Shown: positions 31,381-40,777 of the stretch, piece by piece
How the letters are laid out: each line of letters begins with the position of its first letter
How positions within the stretch are numbered: position 1 is the stretch's first letter
Source of the DNA: Nitrospirota bacterium
GTDB taxonomy: Bacteria > Nitrospirota > UBA9217
Reading direction: 5' to 3'
Length of the DNA stretch: 64,000 bases
NCBI GenBank assembly: GCA_963845065.1
Contig: CAWJQQ010000009.1
Coordinates: 448,001-512,000, forward strand
Notes under the pieces: model-generated
Told to the model about the DNA's origin: nothing
Seen by the model: only the letters and a program-made list of their open reading frames with translations
The model's database searches: none
Translations under genes and position numbers: made by a program

Positions 31381-32411
31381 TTATTTTTCTTCGTACTTCA
31401 CAACCTGCTTCCCTTTTACGATCTCGCCGATCAGGTACGTCGTTTCACCGAGTTTCGTCGCTTTCTTCATGACGGCTACAACTTGTTTTTTTGGCACGGT
31501 AAGGATCATTCCGATTCCCATATTGAAATCGCGGAACATCTCATTATCGTCTACCTGTGATTTTTTTTGAATCAATTTGAAGATGGGCTGAATGTTCCAG
31601 GTCCCTTTTTTGATGAGCGCCTGTGCGCCCTTGGGAAGCATGCGAGGCGTGTTTTCGGTGATGCCTCCGCCAGTTATGTGTGCCATGCCACGAATGTCGA
31701 ACTCTTTTAATAGCGTGAGGATTGTTACAGCATAGATCTTCGTTGGTTTTAGCAGGACTTCACCGAGCGTGGCATGACCCAGTTCGGACAGGGTATCCTG
31801 TACACCGTAGCCGGCTTTTTCAAGCAAGGCCTTGCGTACGAGAGAATAGCCGTTGCTGTGGAGGCCCGATGAGGCAAGTCCGATAAGCTGATCACCGGGT
31901 TTAATCTTCGAACCGTTGATAATCTTTTTTTCTCAACCACGCCTACTGCAAAGCCGGCGAGGTCATATTCGTTTTCGCTGTAAAACGACGGCATCTCCGC
32001 CGTTTCGCCGCCTATCAGCGCGCAGCCAGCCTGCCTGCAGCCCTCGGCAATGCCCTTGACAATGTCCGAGTGTTCCTCAGGTTTGAGCTTGCTTGTGGCC
32101 AAATAATCAAGGAAGAACAGTGGTTCCGCGCCTTGGACGATAATGTCATTGACGCACATTGCCACGAGGTCGATACCGATGGTATCGTGTTTGTTCGTGA
32201 GGAAGGCGATCTTAAGTTTGGTGCCTACGCCATCGGTTCCAGAGACGAGTACGGGGTCCTTGCACTTTTTTAGCGCAAACAGGGCGCCGAATCCGCCTAT
32301 ATGTGTCATGACCTCGGGCCGGAAAGTGGATTTTACAAAAGGTTTTATCTTCTGGACAAAAAGGTTTCCGGCGTCGATGTCAACACCAGCATCTTTGTAA
32401 GTGATGGCCAT
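31381..32411 (-). pseudogene. purM: Phosphoribosylformylglycinamidine cyclo-ligase, frameshifted at an A7 run (31925-31931)
   Basis: [23 protein letters not shown] in the first [14 protein letters not shown] and HITGGG in the shifted frame. One extra A restores EKKKIINGS. Possibly a sequencing error. Confidence 0.85.
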
Positions 32412-32519
32412 GGTGGTTCCCTTCTCAATTTTTCGACGATAGTACCTAGAATAGACGTATCTGTCAACTGGTTTTCAGAGGTGAGGATGGATGCGACGCC
32501 CCGCATTTGTGCGGCGCCT

Positions 32520-32978
32520 TTACCGGGCTTTTTGCTGGATTTCCTTGACAGTAGCGTTATTCAACAGTTTCATGAACTGGGGGTTTGCAGTAAGTTCGGA
32601 GATGTTGCCATCGTTGACGGCCTTCATAATCTTGGGATCTTCAAGGATTTTTTTGAAATCTGGGTTGTCCTGAAGCGACTGGATCAGACCCATGATTTCC
32701 TTGTCGCTCAACATCTTTTCCTGTATTGCCCTGGTATCTTGGGCCGACGGGGTGTTTGTGCCAGAAGACATTGAATGGATCGCGCGGATCTTCGATTCTT
32801 CGAGCTTGATGGTGCCGAGACTTTCTGACTTGATGACGTAAATACCATTGTTGAGTGACAACACCTCACCGGTGATTGTGCTACCATCAATGAGCTCGAT
32901 CACCCGCACTTCGCCAGCGATAGTATTTTGAACGAGTAGAAATATCAACAGAGGAATGCTCAATAGAATCAGGCGCAT
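32520..32978 (-). CDS. Exported hypothetical protein with STI1/DP-like C-terminal helices
   Basis: Signal peptide, L-x-DG-x-I-x-G beta motif, C-terminal NPDFKKILEDP...NPQFMKLLNN. Confidence 0.7.
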   Translation of the reverse strand: MRLILLSIPLLIFLLVQNTIAGEVRVIELIDGSTITGEVLSLNNGIYVIKSESLGTIKLEESKIRAIHSMSSGTNTPSAQDTRAIQEKMLSDKEIMGLIQSLQDNPDFKKILEDPKIMKAVNDGNISELTANPQFMKLLNNATVKEIQQKAR

Positions 32979-33555
32979 GATAAACTCCGGGATGAAACAT
33001 CATTCATAGAAGAGAAGATTATGCTAATTTAAGTGATCTGTCAAGTTAGAAGGTCACTGTAGTTTTTATTTGGCAATTACCTGATTTATCAGTATAATTT
33101 AAATATTCTTAACCATTTTACTTTTGCCGAAAAAAGAGTTGAAGGATGCGTATGCAGAGGAGTAAAGCAGATTCCTCAAAATTGTTCACTCTATTTCAAA
33201 CTTGACACCCAACGATTTTGAGATACACTTCTAGTATCTATCGATTTAATTTGAAGAGTTGCCTTGTTGTTTCCCAATCCGTACTGTCTCATTTTTCAGG
33301 GAAGACAGTAAATCGATTATAGTGATGTAAATAATCGTTCAGATATTCACACTTTCTAAAATTATTCAATTGCGAGTATCAGGTTTTTCATGCTGGACTT
33401 TGGAAAATGGCGGTTCTGAATTTTTAACCAGAGACCGGCGGAATTCTGATTAAGTATCAGGGAATGGAAAGCGGTTTATGTTAAGCAGTGGACGAAAATT
33501 TGAGTAGTACTCAGGGCCTATCAGAAACTATGATACCAAAAGGCAAGGAGGGATT

Positions 33556-34704
33556 GTGATGTGTGCGACCCCAAAAAAGGATAAAATCCCCTGGAACTCA
33601 AGCCAAACCATACCAATCGATGATGCGGTTGGTATGGTCCTTGCTCATGATATTACTGAGGTCCGGAAGGACGAATTTAAGGGCAGGGCGTTTAAAAAGG
33701 GCCACATCATCCGCCGCGAGGACATCACCCATCTTCGTAGGCTCGGGAAAGAACATCTCTTTGTCCTGTCAATCGGAACTGACGAGATGCACGAGAATGA
33801 TGCAGCTGCTGCGCTTGCCGTAGCACTCATGGGGCAAGGTGTCCGCATCGAGGGTGAACCGAAAGAAGGCAAGATCAATATCGTCGCAGACCGCGATGGA
33901 CTGCTCAAGGTAGACCGTGATGCATTGCTTTCACTAAATATGCTTGGCGATGTTATGTGCGCCACTCGACATGGAAACACAGTGGTAAAAAAAGACAGGG
34001 TTATCGCAGGGACCAGAGCCATCCCGCTCGTCGTAAAGAAACACATGATCGACGAAGCAGTAAAGATTTGCGTACGGGCACGGCAATCCGGTGCGGCGGT
34101 TTTAGAAGTTAAGGAACTGCGAAAGCCGAAGGCCGGGATTGTGATAACCGGCAACGAGGTCTATGAAGGACGGATCAAGGATGCTTTCGCGCCGGTGATC
34201 TCCAAAAAGATCGAAGCGGCCAAAGGCGAGACCATCGGTCTCTACTATGCGCCTGACGATGTAGCGGTAATCGAACAGCGTCTACAGGAGCTGTTAAATT
34301 CCGGTGCCGATCTGTTGATAATAACCGGCGGTATGTCTGTCGATCCTGATGACGTCTCACGGTTTGCGATCCGGAACATAGGTGCGAGAGATATCACCTA
34401 CGGAGCTCCGGTACTGCCCGGTTCCATGTTTCTGATTGGGTACATTGATCGAGTTCAGACTACGGAATTAGGAATACAGAATGGAAAGAATTCGAAACCC
34501 GGGACTGGGGGTTCAGAAACAATTCCGGTTCTCGGAATTCCTGCCTGCGGGATGTATCACTCGATCACCATTCTGGACCTCGTCCTGCCGCGCGTTCTTG
34601 CTGGGGAGAAGATCAATAGGAAAGAACTTGCAGAACTCGGCCACGGCGGCCTATGCCTGCACTGCAAGGAATGCCGCTACCCTGTGTGCCCATTCGGGAA
34701 ATAG
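33556..34704 (+). CDS. Molybdopterin-binding (MoeA C-terminal-like) protein
   Basis: AVGMVLAHDITE, FKKGH, ITGNEV, TGGMSVDPDD, YGAPVLPG, GHGGLCLHCKECRYPVCPFGK. Confidence 0.9.
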   Translation: MMCATPKKDKIPWNSSQTIPIDDAVGMVLAHDITEVRKDEFKGRAFKKGHIIRREDITHLRRLGKEHLFVLSIGTDEMHENDAAAALAVALMGQGVRIEGEPKEGKINIVADRDGLLKVDRDALLSLNMLGDVMCATRHGNTVVKKDRVIAGTRAIPLVVKKHMIDEAVKICVRARQSGAAVLEVKELRKPKAGIVITGNEVYEGRIKDAFAPVISKKIEAAKGETIGLYYAPDDVAVIEQRLQELLNSGADLLIITGGMSVDPDDVSRFAIRNIGARDITYGAPVLPGSMFLIGYIDRVQTTELGIQNGKNSKPGTGGSETIPVLGIPACGMYHSITILDLVLPRVLAGEKINRKELAELGHGGLCLHCKECRYPVCPFGK

Positions 34705-34773
34705 CAACCGTTCCTGGAATATGGCTTTTTATCCGTAATTGCCATAACGGCAGCCGAACAGTGCTGCTGCCGG

Positions 34774-36498
34774 TTAACGTGAGGGATTCTCGCCCTGATT
34801 CACACAAGCACCTTTTTTACTTCTCGGCAACACGCCTGACGCCTTCCCGATATCGAGTGAACAAAAATCATCGGCAGGTGGCCAGGAGGTGAGCACTGTC
34901 ATTTCACGCAACGATCCATGTTGGGATTCAGCGCTGCCTGTGGAGCCCTGTAAGGGCCGCCTTCTGGAGGAGAGTCCGTCTGTACAGGCACGAACCCCGC
35001 TTTCCTTTGACCTGCGCCAGTATTTCCAGACGTGTTCTCCCCGATTCCTTACAGGTAGGGGAGAGGCGGTTCTGGCCGCCGCAGGCGACTCGGAATATCT
35101 TTGTGCACGTCTCGCGATGATAAGCGCTGCCGCTTCATGCTTCGTGATCCCGTAGCGAGACATATAATTTGCCATTCCAATAACGGACGTAAATGCCGGG
35201 TTTACGGAGAATACCGTAACGCCTGCTTTAAACGCGCGTCGATCGAGCATGGTAAGAAACGATGAATAAGCAAACCCGGAAAGCATCCTGGAATACGTCA
35301 CTCCTTGTTGTTTTAACGATGCCTTCTTTTTGCTGAAATCAAGCGTTTCATGGCTGATCGGCTTGCCGGTAGATGTGGCTCTGGCAACGATCTCTTTACA
35401 GATGTCACCGTAAACAGCCTCCGTCTGGTCAGAAGTCCTGTCTTTTACGCATGCCGGGTACGAGGTGCTCCCTACAAGGTTCCCGAACCGGTCTGACTCG
35501 GAAATAGCGATCTCGTTCTCGTTGACATCAACACCAATACATCCTATTGACCGTGGTTCAAAGGTGACCTGCTCCGGCTTCTTGATTTCAACCGATGTAT
35601 GCAGGTACCATCCCTTTTCATTCCGGACAAAGCGATGCGTAAGTGCCTGCCCGCTGGAGAGCGCCTGTTCAACAACGTCCTGCCCGTATGGATATTTAAT
35701 TTCGGCAACTACGGCATATTTCCCATATCTGGCACAGAGGCGGTTCGGAATGCGGATCCGGAGCGTCCCGTCCATGGACAGCGTGCATGACTGGTTGCCG
35801 GTGCGCTCATCTTTCGATCCGAGGCAAAAGGACTGGGACCCACGCGCCTTCTTCCAGTCCGCCCTCCATTCATCATGCCCGATATAGCCGTTCTCATAAA
35901 TGGTAAACTGCTTTCGGAACAGTGATTTTGACCCAAAGCATATCCGGACCCGATTGCACTTCAAATCATCGGTAAGCGCCTCCAGTTTAAGCTCGAGCGC
36001 ATGAAGCTTTCTCCTCTTCTGGTGGAGGGCGTAGCGGATATCATGTATCTGCTGGTCACGCACAGGCTTGGGTAAATCCACGCCTTTTTTCAGGCGGCCA
36101 ATCTTTGATTCCCTGCCCTCTATCCATTCTTTGACGGATTTTACGCTGTTTCTTGTATCCTCTATGCGTTTCTTCAGGACTTCCACAGCGGAGCTTATAT
36201 TGCCGTCAAGGTCATATCTGATTGCATTGAATTGCCGCGCGGTGATCCCGAATCTCAGCAAATATGCGTTTTTGAATGACAGGGGTTTTTTGCCGGTAGC
36301 CATGAAGTCCTTGAACAAAGACCTCTTGATGTGCCCATACATGCTGCCGATTTCATCGAGAACGCCATACAATGAAATGAAAGCACCCGCGAGGACTCTA
36401 TCCTGTAATAAAGTACAGGCGGTAAAAGAAAGGACATCGCTGCCCTGCCCGTTGCCGCCTTTCCTGCTTTTTGAGAAGTTTTTGCTACTTGCCATCAT
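34774..36498 (-). CDS. tnpB: TnpB-related RNA-guided nuclease (IS607-associated, no Zn ribbon)
   Basis: FGITARQFN, RuvC-I IGVDVN, RuvC-II SHETLDF, LSGFAY, VNPAFTS, HEAAALIIARR. Confidence 0.88.
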   Translation of the reverse strand: MMASSKNFSKSRKGGNGQGSDVLSFTACTLLQDRVLAGAFISLYGVLDEIGSMYGHIKRSLFKDFMATGKKPLSFKNAYLLRFGITARQFNAIRYDLDGNISSAVEVLKKRIEDTRNSVKSVKEWIEGRESKIGRLKKGVDLPKPVRDQQIHDIRYALHQKRRKLHALELKLEALTDDLKCNRVRICFGSKSLFRKQFTIYENGYIGHDEWRADWKKARGSQSFCLGSKDERTGNQSCTLSMDGTLRIRIPNRLCARYGKYAVVAEIKYPYGQDVVEQALSSGQALTHRFVRNEKGWYLHTSVEIKKPEQVTFEPRSIGCIGVDVNENEIAISESDRFGNLVGSTSYPACVKDRTSDQTEAVYGDICKEIVARATSTGKPISHETLDFSKKKASLKQQGVTYSRMLSGFAYSSFLTMLDRRAFKAGVTVFSVNPAFTSVIGMANYMSRYGITKHEAAALIIARRAQRYSESPAAARTASPLPVRNRGEHVWKYWRRSKESGVRACTDGLSSRRRPLQGSTGSAESQHGSLREMTVLTSWPPADDFCSLDIGKASGVLPRSKKGACVNQGENPSR

Positions 36499-37054
36499 TC
36501 ATAGCCTCAATCGCCTTTTTTGCTTTATTAGCTGCGGACCTCCGTCCATACAGTCTTGCGCAAAATGACGTCAACACCTCTATCATATCCTGCACAAGAT
36601 CGTCTTTAAGCTCCGTCTGGTCCATAATGATAAGCTTTCTGTCCTGAGCGCGAAGCGATGACTCAACATATTCAGATCCGAACCTCATCAGCCGATCGCG
36701 ATGTTCGACAACGATAATACTTACCGTCGAATCTGCCAAAAGCTTCATGAGTTTCGGCCTGTGCCCGTTCAGGCCAGAACCGACTTCCGTAACGGCCATG
36801 GTAACCGCCAATTTCTGCGATGCGGCAAACTGTGACAGCCGTCCGATTTGCGCATCCAGGTCTTTTTTCTGGTCATGGCTTGATACTCTGGCATAAAGAG
36901 CTGCGTTCCCTGTTGCAGTTGCCTTTTGCTCTTTGATGATGATAGTGCCAGACGGCATCTGTTCCGCTTCAACCGGAAGTTTGCCTGCCTTCCACCAGTT
37001 CCATGCCGCTTTATAGGTAATTCCCTGCTGTTTGGCCCATACGCTTAATTTCAT
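36485..37054 (-). CDS. tnpA: IS607 family serine recombinase/transposase
   Basis: MKLSVWAK wHTH, YARVSSHDQKKDL, EVGSGLN, EHRDRL, FCARLYGRR. Confidence 0.95.
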   Translation of the reverse strand: MKLSVWAKQQGITYKAAWNWWKAGKLPVEAEQMPSGTIIIKEQKATATGNAALYARVSSHDQKKDLDAQIGRLSQFAASQKLAVTMAVTEVGSGLNGHRPKLMKLLADSTVSIIVVEHRDRLMRFGSEYVESSLRAQDRKLIIMDQTELKDDLVQDMIEVLTSFCARLYGRRSAANKAKKAIEAMNDGK

Positions 37055-37164
37055 GAATACTATTATAGCATATTATTCTACAATATGCCACTTAATAGAG
37101 AACAGTTATCAACCCGCCACTCGTCGCAAAACGTAGTGTTTGGATACAATAACCCACTTCAAAT

Positions 37165-37205
37165 TGATAAAGGCTTTCGGCTGAGTGCCTTTATCATTTT
37201 TTTTT
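37165..37205 (+). terminator. Rho-independent terminator
   Basis: TGATAAAGGC...GCCTTTATCA stem followed by T9. Confidence 0.7.
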
Positions 37206-37336
37206 GAACAAGGTTACTGTCCGGTATGTGAGCCGTGGCATCCGGTCTTGCCGCCTGCACTCAAGTTGCAGGTCGTGACGTTGGAATCCACAGTACTAAT
37301 GATCGTTGTTGTGAATGGCTTCCGTATTTTCCAAGG

Positions 37337-37741
37337 CTAGGTGTCAGCCGATAAAGCATTGTAACTGCATATCATTTCCTGCATAATTATAGTAATCTGT
37401 CTGGCTTTTTTCTGAGGACCTCGATCCAATGCTGCAAGGAGCGGTTCACAAAAATACCACGTACATTTGAAAGGCCTAAGCCACCGCGGCAAAATGCAGC
37501 CCCAGGGGCCCATCGCTTCGCATGGACCTTCCAGCGGCCTTGCCGTATCTCTCAGAGGGATGGCAACCTCAAGAGCCCTCAGATACCGGATGTCTCTCTC
37601 ACGATAGAGACCATGCTTTTGCCGGCAGCAAACATCGGTGCAGCTGGGGCAGACGTCGGCAGTGTATTCCTCGATCATCGGAGAAGATTCGATAAGCAGT
37701 AACTTCAGCTTTTTCGCGAGATCAAAATGATTGACCATCAT
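37337..37741 (-). CDS. Cys-rich hypothetical protein (CxxCxxxCC), last gene of the oxidase operon
   Basis: CPSCTDVCC, C..MG..GC.LPRWLRPFKCTWYFC; ATGA overlap with heme O synthase. Confidence 0.75.
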   Translation of the reverse strand: MMVNHFDLAKKLKLLLIESSPMIEEYTADVCPSCTDVCCRQKHGLYRERDIRYLRALEVAIPLRDTARPLEGPCEAMGPWGCILPRWLRPFKCTWYFCEPLLAALDRGPQKKARQITIIMQEMICSYNALSADT

Positions 37742-38607
37742 AACACATGAAGGAATATGTTATCAGCAGACAGAAGCGACATGAGCAGAAATAAGTATAT
37801 ATTTATGTTCCTGAAGAGAACGGAAGAAGGGGACAACAATGGTTGAAGTGTTGTTAGGGACCGTTCGCTCCATATGAGCCATATTGCCAACATTATGAAT
37901 GAACAAAAGACCAGCGGAGACCGCACAGATCCATAAAGCGGAAGGGCAAGGCTCGCGATCGCTGCAGCAACGATCCAGACGAATGTGATCCTGGCGATCT
38001 GCGGCTTTTTTAACACCTTGGTGAGTGATGGCAGGCCGGCTTGTTCATATTGTTCTCCATAGTTGAGGACAAGAAGCCAGAAATGCGGCACCTGCCAGAG
38101 GAAAAAAAGAAAGCAGATTGCAGTGAGACGTCCATCGGATATCGCCCCGCCTGCAGCAATCCATCCGATGGCAGGAGGAATGACCCCGACAAGTGCTCCG
38201 GGTACGGAAGCAAACGCCGTTACCCTTTTAAGATAAGTATAGACACCGTTATACCAGAGAAGGGCAACGAGACCCAGGACAAATGCTTTTGCGCCCCCAG
38301 CATAGGCAAGAAGGAACTCTCCACTCATCAACAATACCACGCAAAGAGATAATGCCCGCGCAGGCGTTAGGACGCCGGCCGGAAGAGGCCGCAAACGTGT
38401 TCTTTCCATCTTCGCGTCGATGTCTCTCTCTTGATGTTGATTTAATGCTGATGCCCCGCAAGCCAAAAGGAAGACAGACGTTACAGTAAGCAGAACATCT
38501 GGAATCCGGTGATAAGAAAAAAGGAAAAAACCCGTTGCCGCAGAACAGGCTGCAAACAGGGAGAGATGAACACGGCACAAGACGAGATATGATTTCCAGA
38601 TTGACAT
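37738..38607 (-). CDS. cyoE: Protoheme IX farnesyltransferase (heme O synthase)
   Basis: LNQHQERDIDAKMERTRLRPLP, YTYLKR, WQVPHFW, Y..AGLP. Confidence 0.92.
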   Translation of the reverse strand: MSIWKSYLVLCRVHLSLFAACSAATGFFLFSYHRIPDVLLTVTSVFLLACGASALNQHQERDIDAKMERTRLRPLPAGVLTPARALSLCVVLLMSGEFLLAYAGGAKAFVLGLVALLWYNGVYTYLKRVTAFASVPGALVGVIPPAIGWIAAGGAISDGRLTAICFLFFLWQVPHFWLLVLNYGEQYEQAGLPSLTKVLKKPQIARITFVWIVAAAIASLALPLYGSVRSPLVFCSFIMLAIWLIWSERSLTTLQPLLSPSSVLFRNINIYLFLLMSLLSADNIFLHVL

Positions 38608-38715
38608 TTTGGCAGTCAGCCCTCAATACAATCGTTCGGAGGTAGCACTATCACAATCCCGATAGGTACGCGAGAGTTCCCTCCTTGAGAGGCGGTGGAA
38701 AGGGAATACGATCAA

Positions 38716-39681
38716 TTATTTTAAAGATTTTATGTACGCGATAATCTCATTTATCTCTTTGTCAGTCAGTTGTCCCTGCTGCGATGGCATGATCGGCGGG
38801 AAGCCCTTGACCCGGTCGATCTCCGGGTGCAGAAGCGTTTGTTTGATGAATGCCTCATCGACGGTGATCTGCCGTTCCTGACCACTGCGGATTACAGTTT
38901 CCTGCTTCCCGAAGACTCCTTTGAAGGACGGTCCAATCTTCGGGGTTCCGTCCGTAGTATGACACGCGACGCATCCTTTAACCTGAAAGAGTCGTGCGCC
39001 CTCGTCGGGAACAGGAATCCCAGTTTTTTTTGTAGCAGCATTAACGGCAGATTTCGTTTCCCCCGCCTCAGCCTTTTCCTGTTTGCCCGAGTACCAGTCA
39101 TCGAAATCCTTCTGTGTCATGACCTCGACTTTTGTGATCATGGCTGAATGCCCAACACCGCAGTACTCGGCGCAGAAGAGGTCGTAGGAACCGAGCTGAT
39201 CCGGCAGGAACCATAAGTGCGTCTCCATGCCCGGCACAGCGTCTTCCTTGATATGGTAGGCGGGTATGAAGAGGCTGTGGAGCACGTCGGCTGAGGTGAT
39301 CAGGAGCTTGATCGGCTTTCTAATTGGCACCTTCAGCGTGTTGGTCTCCTTACCGTTGTCATAGTCGAAAGTCCATGACCACTGTCGGGCAATGACCTTT
39401 ATGGGCATGGCATCGGGTGGGGCCGTGCGCATATACACGAAGCCTTTCCATCCCACGTAGAACATCGCAAGGACCAGGATGGTGGGAATCACGGTCCAGA
39501 TGATTTCGAGCGACATGTTCTCCTTCACTTCCTCGGCTTGAGGATGGCGCTTCTTGCTATACCGGAACACGAAGTAAAGCATTACGCCGGTGTTTAGGGC
39601 CAGGAGCGTCAGGGAAATGCCCAGGATAAAGAAGAACGTGTCGTCCGCGGGGTTAGACATGTTTGGCCAACCGGTTACCAT
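38716..39681 (-). CDS. coxB: Cytochrome c oxidase subunit II with fused cytochrome c
   Basis: LEIIWTVIP, QWSW, DVLHS, CuA CAEYCGVGHSAM, heme c CVACH with distal Met. Confidence 0.96.
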   Translation of the reverse strand: MVTGWPNMSNPADDTFFFILGISLTLLALNTGVMLYFVFRYSKKRHPQAEEVKENMSLEIIWTVIPTILVLAMFYVGWKGFVYMRTAPPDAMPIKVIARQWSWTFDYDNGKETNTLKVPIRKPIKLLITSADVLHSLFIPAYHIKEDAVPGMETHLWFLPDQLGSYDLFCAEYCGVGHSAMITKVEVMTQKDFDDWYSGKQEKAEAGETKSAVNAATKKTGIPVPDEGARLFQVKGCVACHTTDGTPKIGPSFKGVFGKQETVIRSGQERQITVDEAFIKQTLLHPEIDRVKGFPPIMPSQQGQLTDKEINEIIAYIKSLK

Positions 39682-39748
39682 AAGATCACCTTTGGTGACA
39701 TTCAGAGTTCATAGATTGGAGTTCCTAGTTCAGAGTACACCTAATGTA

Positions 39749-40033
39749 TCAACGGTACCAGATATCGACAAACGTCAGTGTGATGATGATCGAAATCGTC
39801 ATCAGCGGAATGAAAAACATCAGCTTGAACAACCTTTTTTCGTATTTCAGGTGCATGAAGAACCAGAGCACGAGGCTCGCCTTGACCGAGGCGATGGCGA
39901 TATTGGCGACCATGCTCCATTCGCCCATCTGCATTTGAGCGGCCTTGATCGTCAGACCCGTAAGGCACAATAGCGCTATCCAGACGAAAATGAAGGTTTT
40001 TGTTCCGACAAGGTGACTCTTGCTCTCTTCCAT
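39749..40033 (-). CDS. Cytochrome c oxidase subunit IV family protein
   Basis: Three TM helices, IASVKASLV..FFMHLKYE. Confidence 0.9.
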   Translation of the reverse strand: MEESKSHLVGTKTFIFVWIALLCLTGLTIKAAQMQMGEWSMVANIAIASVKASLVLWFFMHLKYEKRLFKLMFFIPLMTISIIITLTFVDIWYR

Positions 40034-40075
40034 AGGGTCCTCAGTCTTCCTGTGGCGCCGCCCCAAAAGTGGCCC

Positions 40076-40687
40076 TTACAGAATCAGGTAAAACAGCGGG
40101 AACAGGTAAATCCAGATGATGTCCACGATGTGCCAGAAAAGGCCTGTGTTCTCCAATTTTACGTAATCGCTGCTCGATATCTTCCCCCGAAGAGTCAACA
40201 CCAGCATGAACATAATGACGGATATGCCAATAATAACGTGCAGCGCATGGATGCCGGTCATTACATAGTAGAGCCCGAAAAAGAGTATCTTGCCGTGGCT
40301 CATGGCCAAAAGCTCGGGCGAGTCGGGATAGAAGCCGTGGCGGATATGATCACTCCACTCGAAATACTTGTTCACCAGGAACCCAATACCTAGGAGGACT
40401 GTGGCCGCCTGAAGCAGAAGGGAGCGAAATTTCATTCCCTTTTTGATGTTTGAGATCGCCAGGGCCATGGTCAGGCTGCTAGTCAGTAGGATTACAGTGT
40501 TTGCGGCCCCGATAAAAACGTTCATCTCGCGACCGGCTTCGTGGAAGTCCGCTGTGTTCACTTGGCGGTATTCGGCGTAGACCAGGAACATGCCGCCAAA
40601 GAGCAGGACCTCCGTAAACAGGAAGAGCCACATGCCGAGTTTGGCGCCGGAGTAATCGCGGTGTTCGATGTGAGAAGTTTCATTCAT
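40076..40687 (-). CDS. coxC: Cytochrome c oxidase subunit III
   Basis: GMWLFLFTE, NTVILLTSS, TGIHALHV, FWHIVDIIWIYLFP. Confidence 0.95.
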   Translation of the reverse strand: MNETSHIEHRDYSGAKLGMWLFLFTEVLLFGGMFLVYAEYRQVNTADFHEAGREMNVFIGAANTVILLTSSLTMALAISNIKKGMKFRSLLLQAATVLLGIGFLVNKYFEWSDHIRHGFYPDSPELLAMSHGKILFFGLYYVMTGIHALHVIIGISVIMFMLVLTLRGKISSSDYVKLENTGLFWHIVDIIWIYLFPLFYLIL

Positions 40688-40777
40688 AAGGATGCCTGCA
40701 TTGTGTAGAGGGCATGGGGTGAAGAGCTCGAAATTAATGAATTCTTTAAATGTTACTCTGCCCTACGCTCTTAAATT

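Larger units (their letters stand above)
34710..37114 (-). mobile_element. IS607 family element (serine recombinase + TnpB)
   Basis: Overlapping tnpA-tnpB. CAACC (GG core on minus strand) occurs at both junctions, 34705-34709 and 37110-37114. Removing the element brings the moeA-like stop next to the terminator at 37165-37205. Confidence 0.88.

Noticed and set aside
31920..31935. Canonical programmed -1 frameshift (A AAA AAG) in purM
   Set aside because: The heptamer is not in the required phase relative to the zero frame, and no stimulator was evident.
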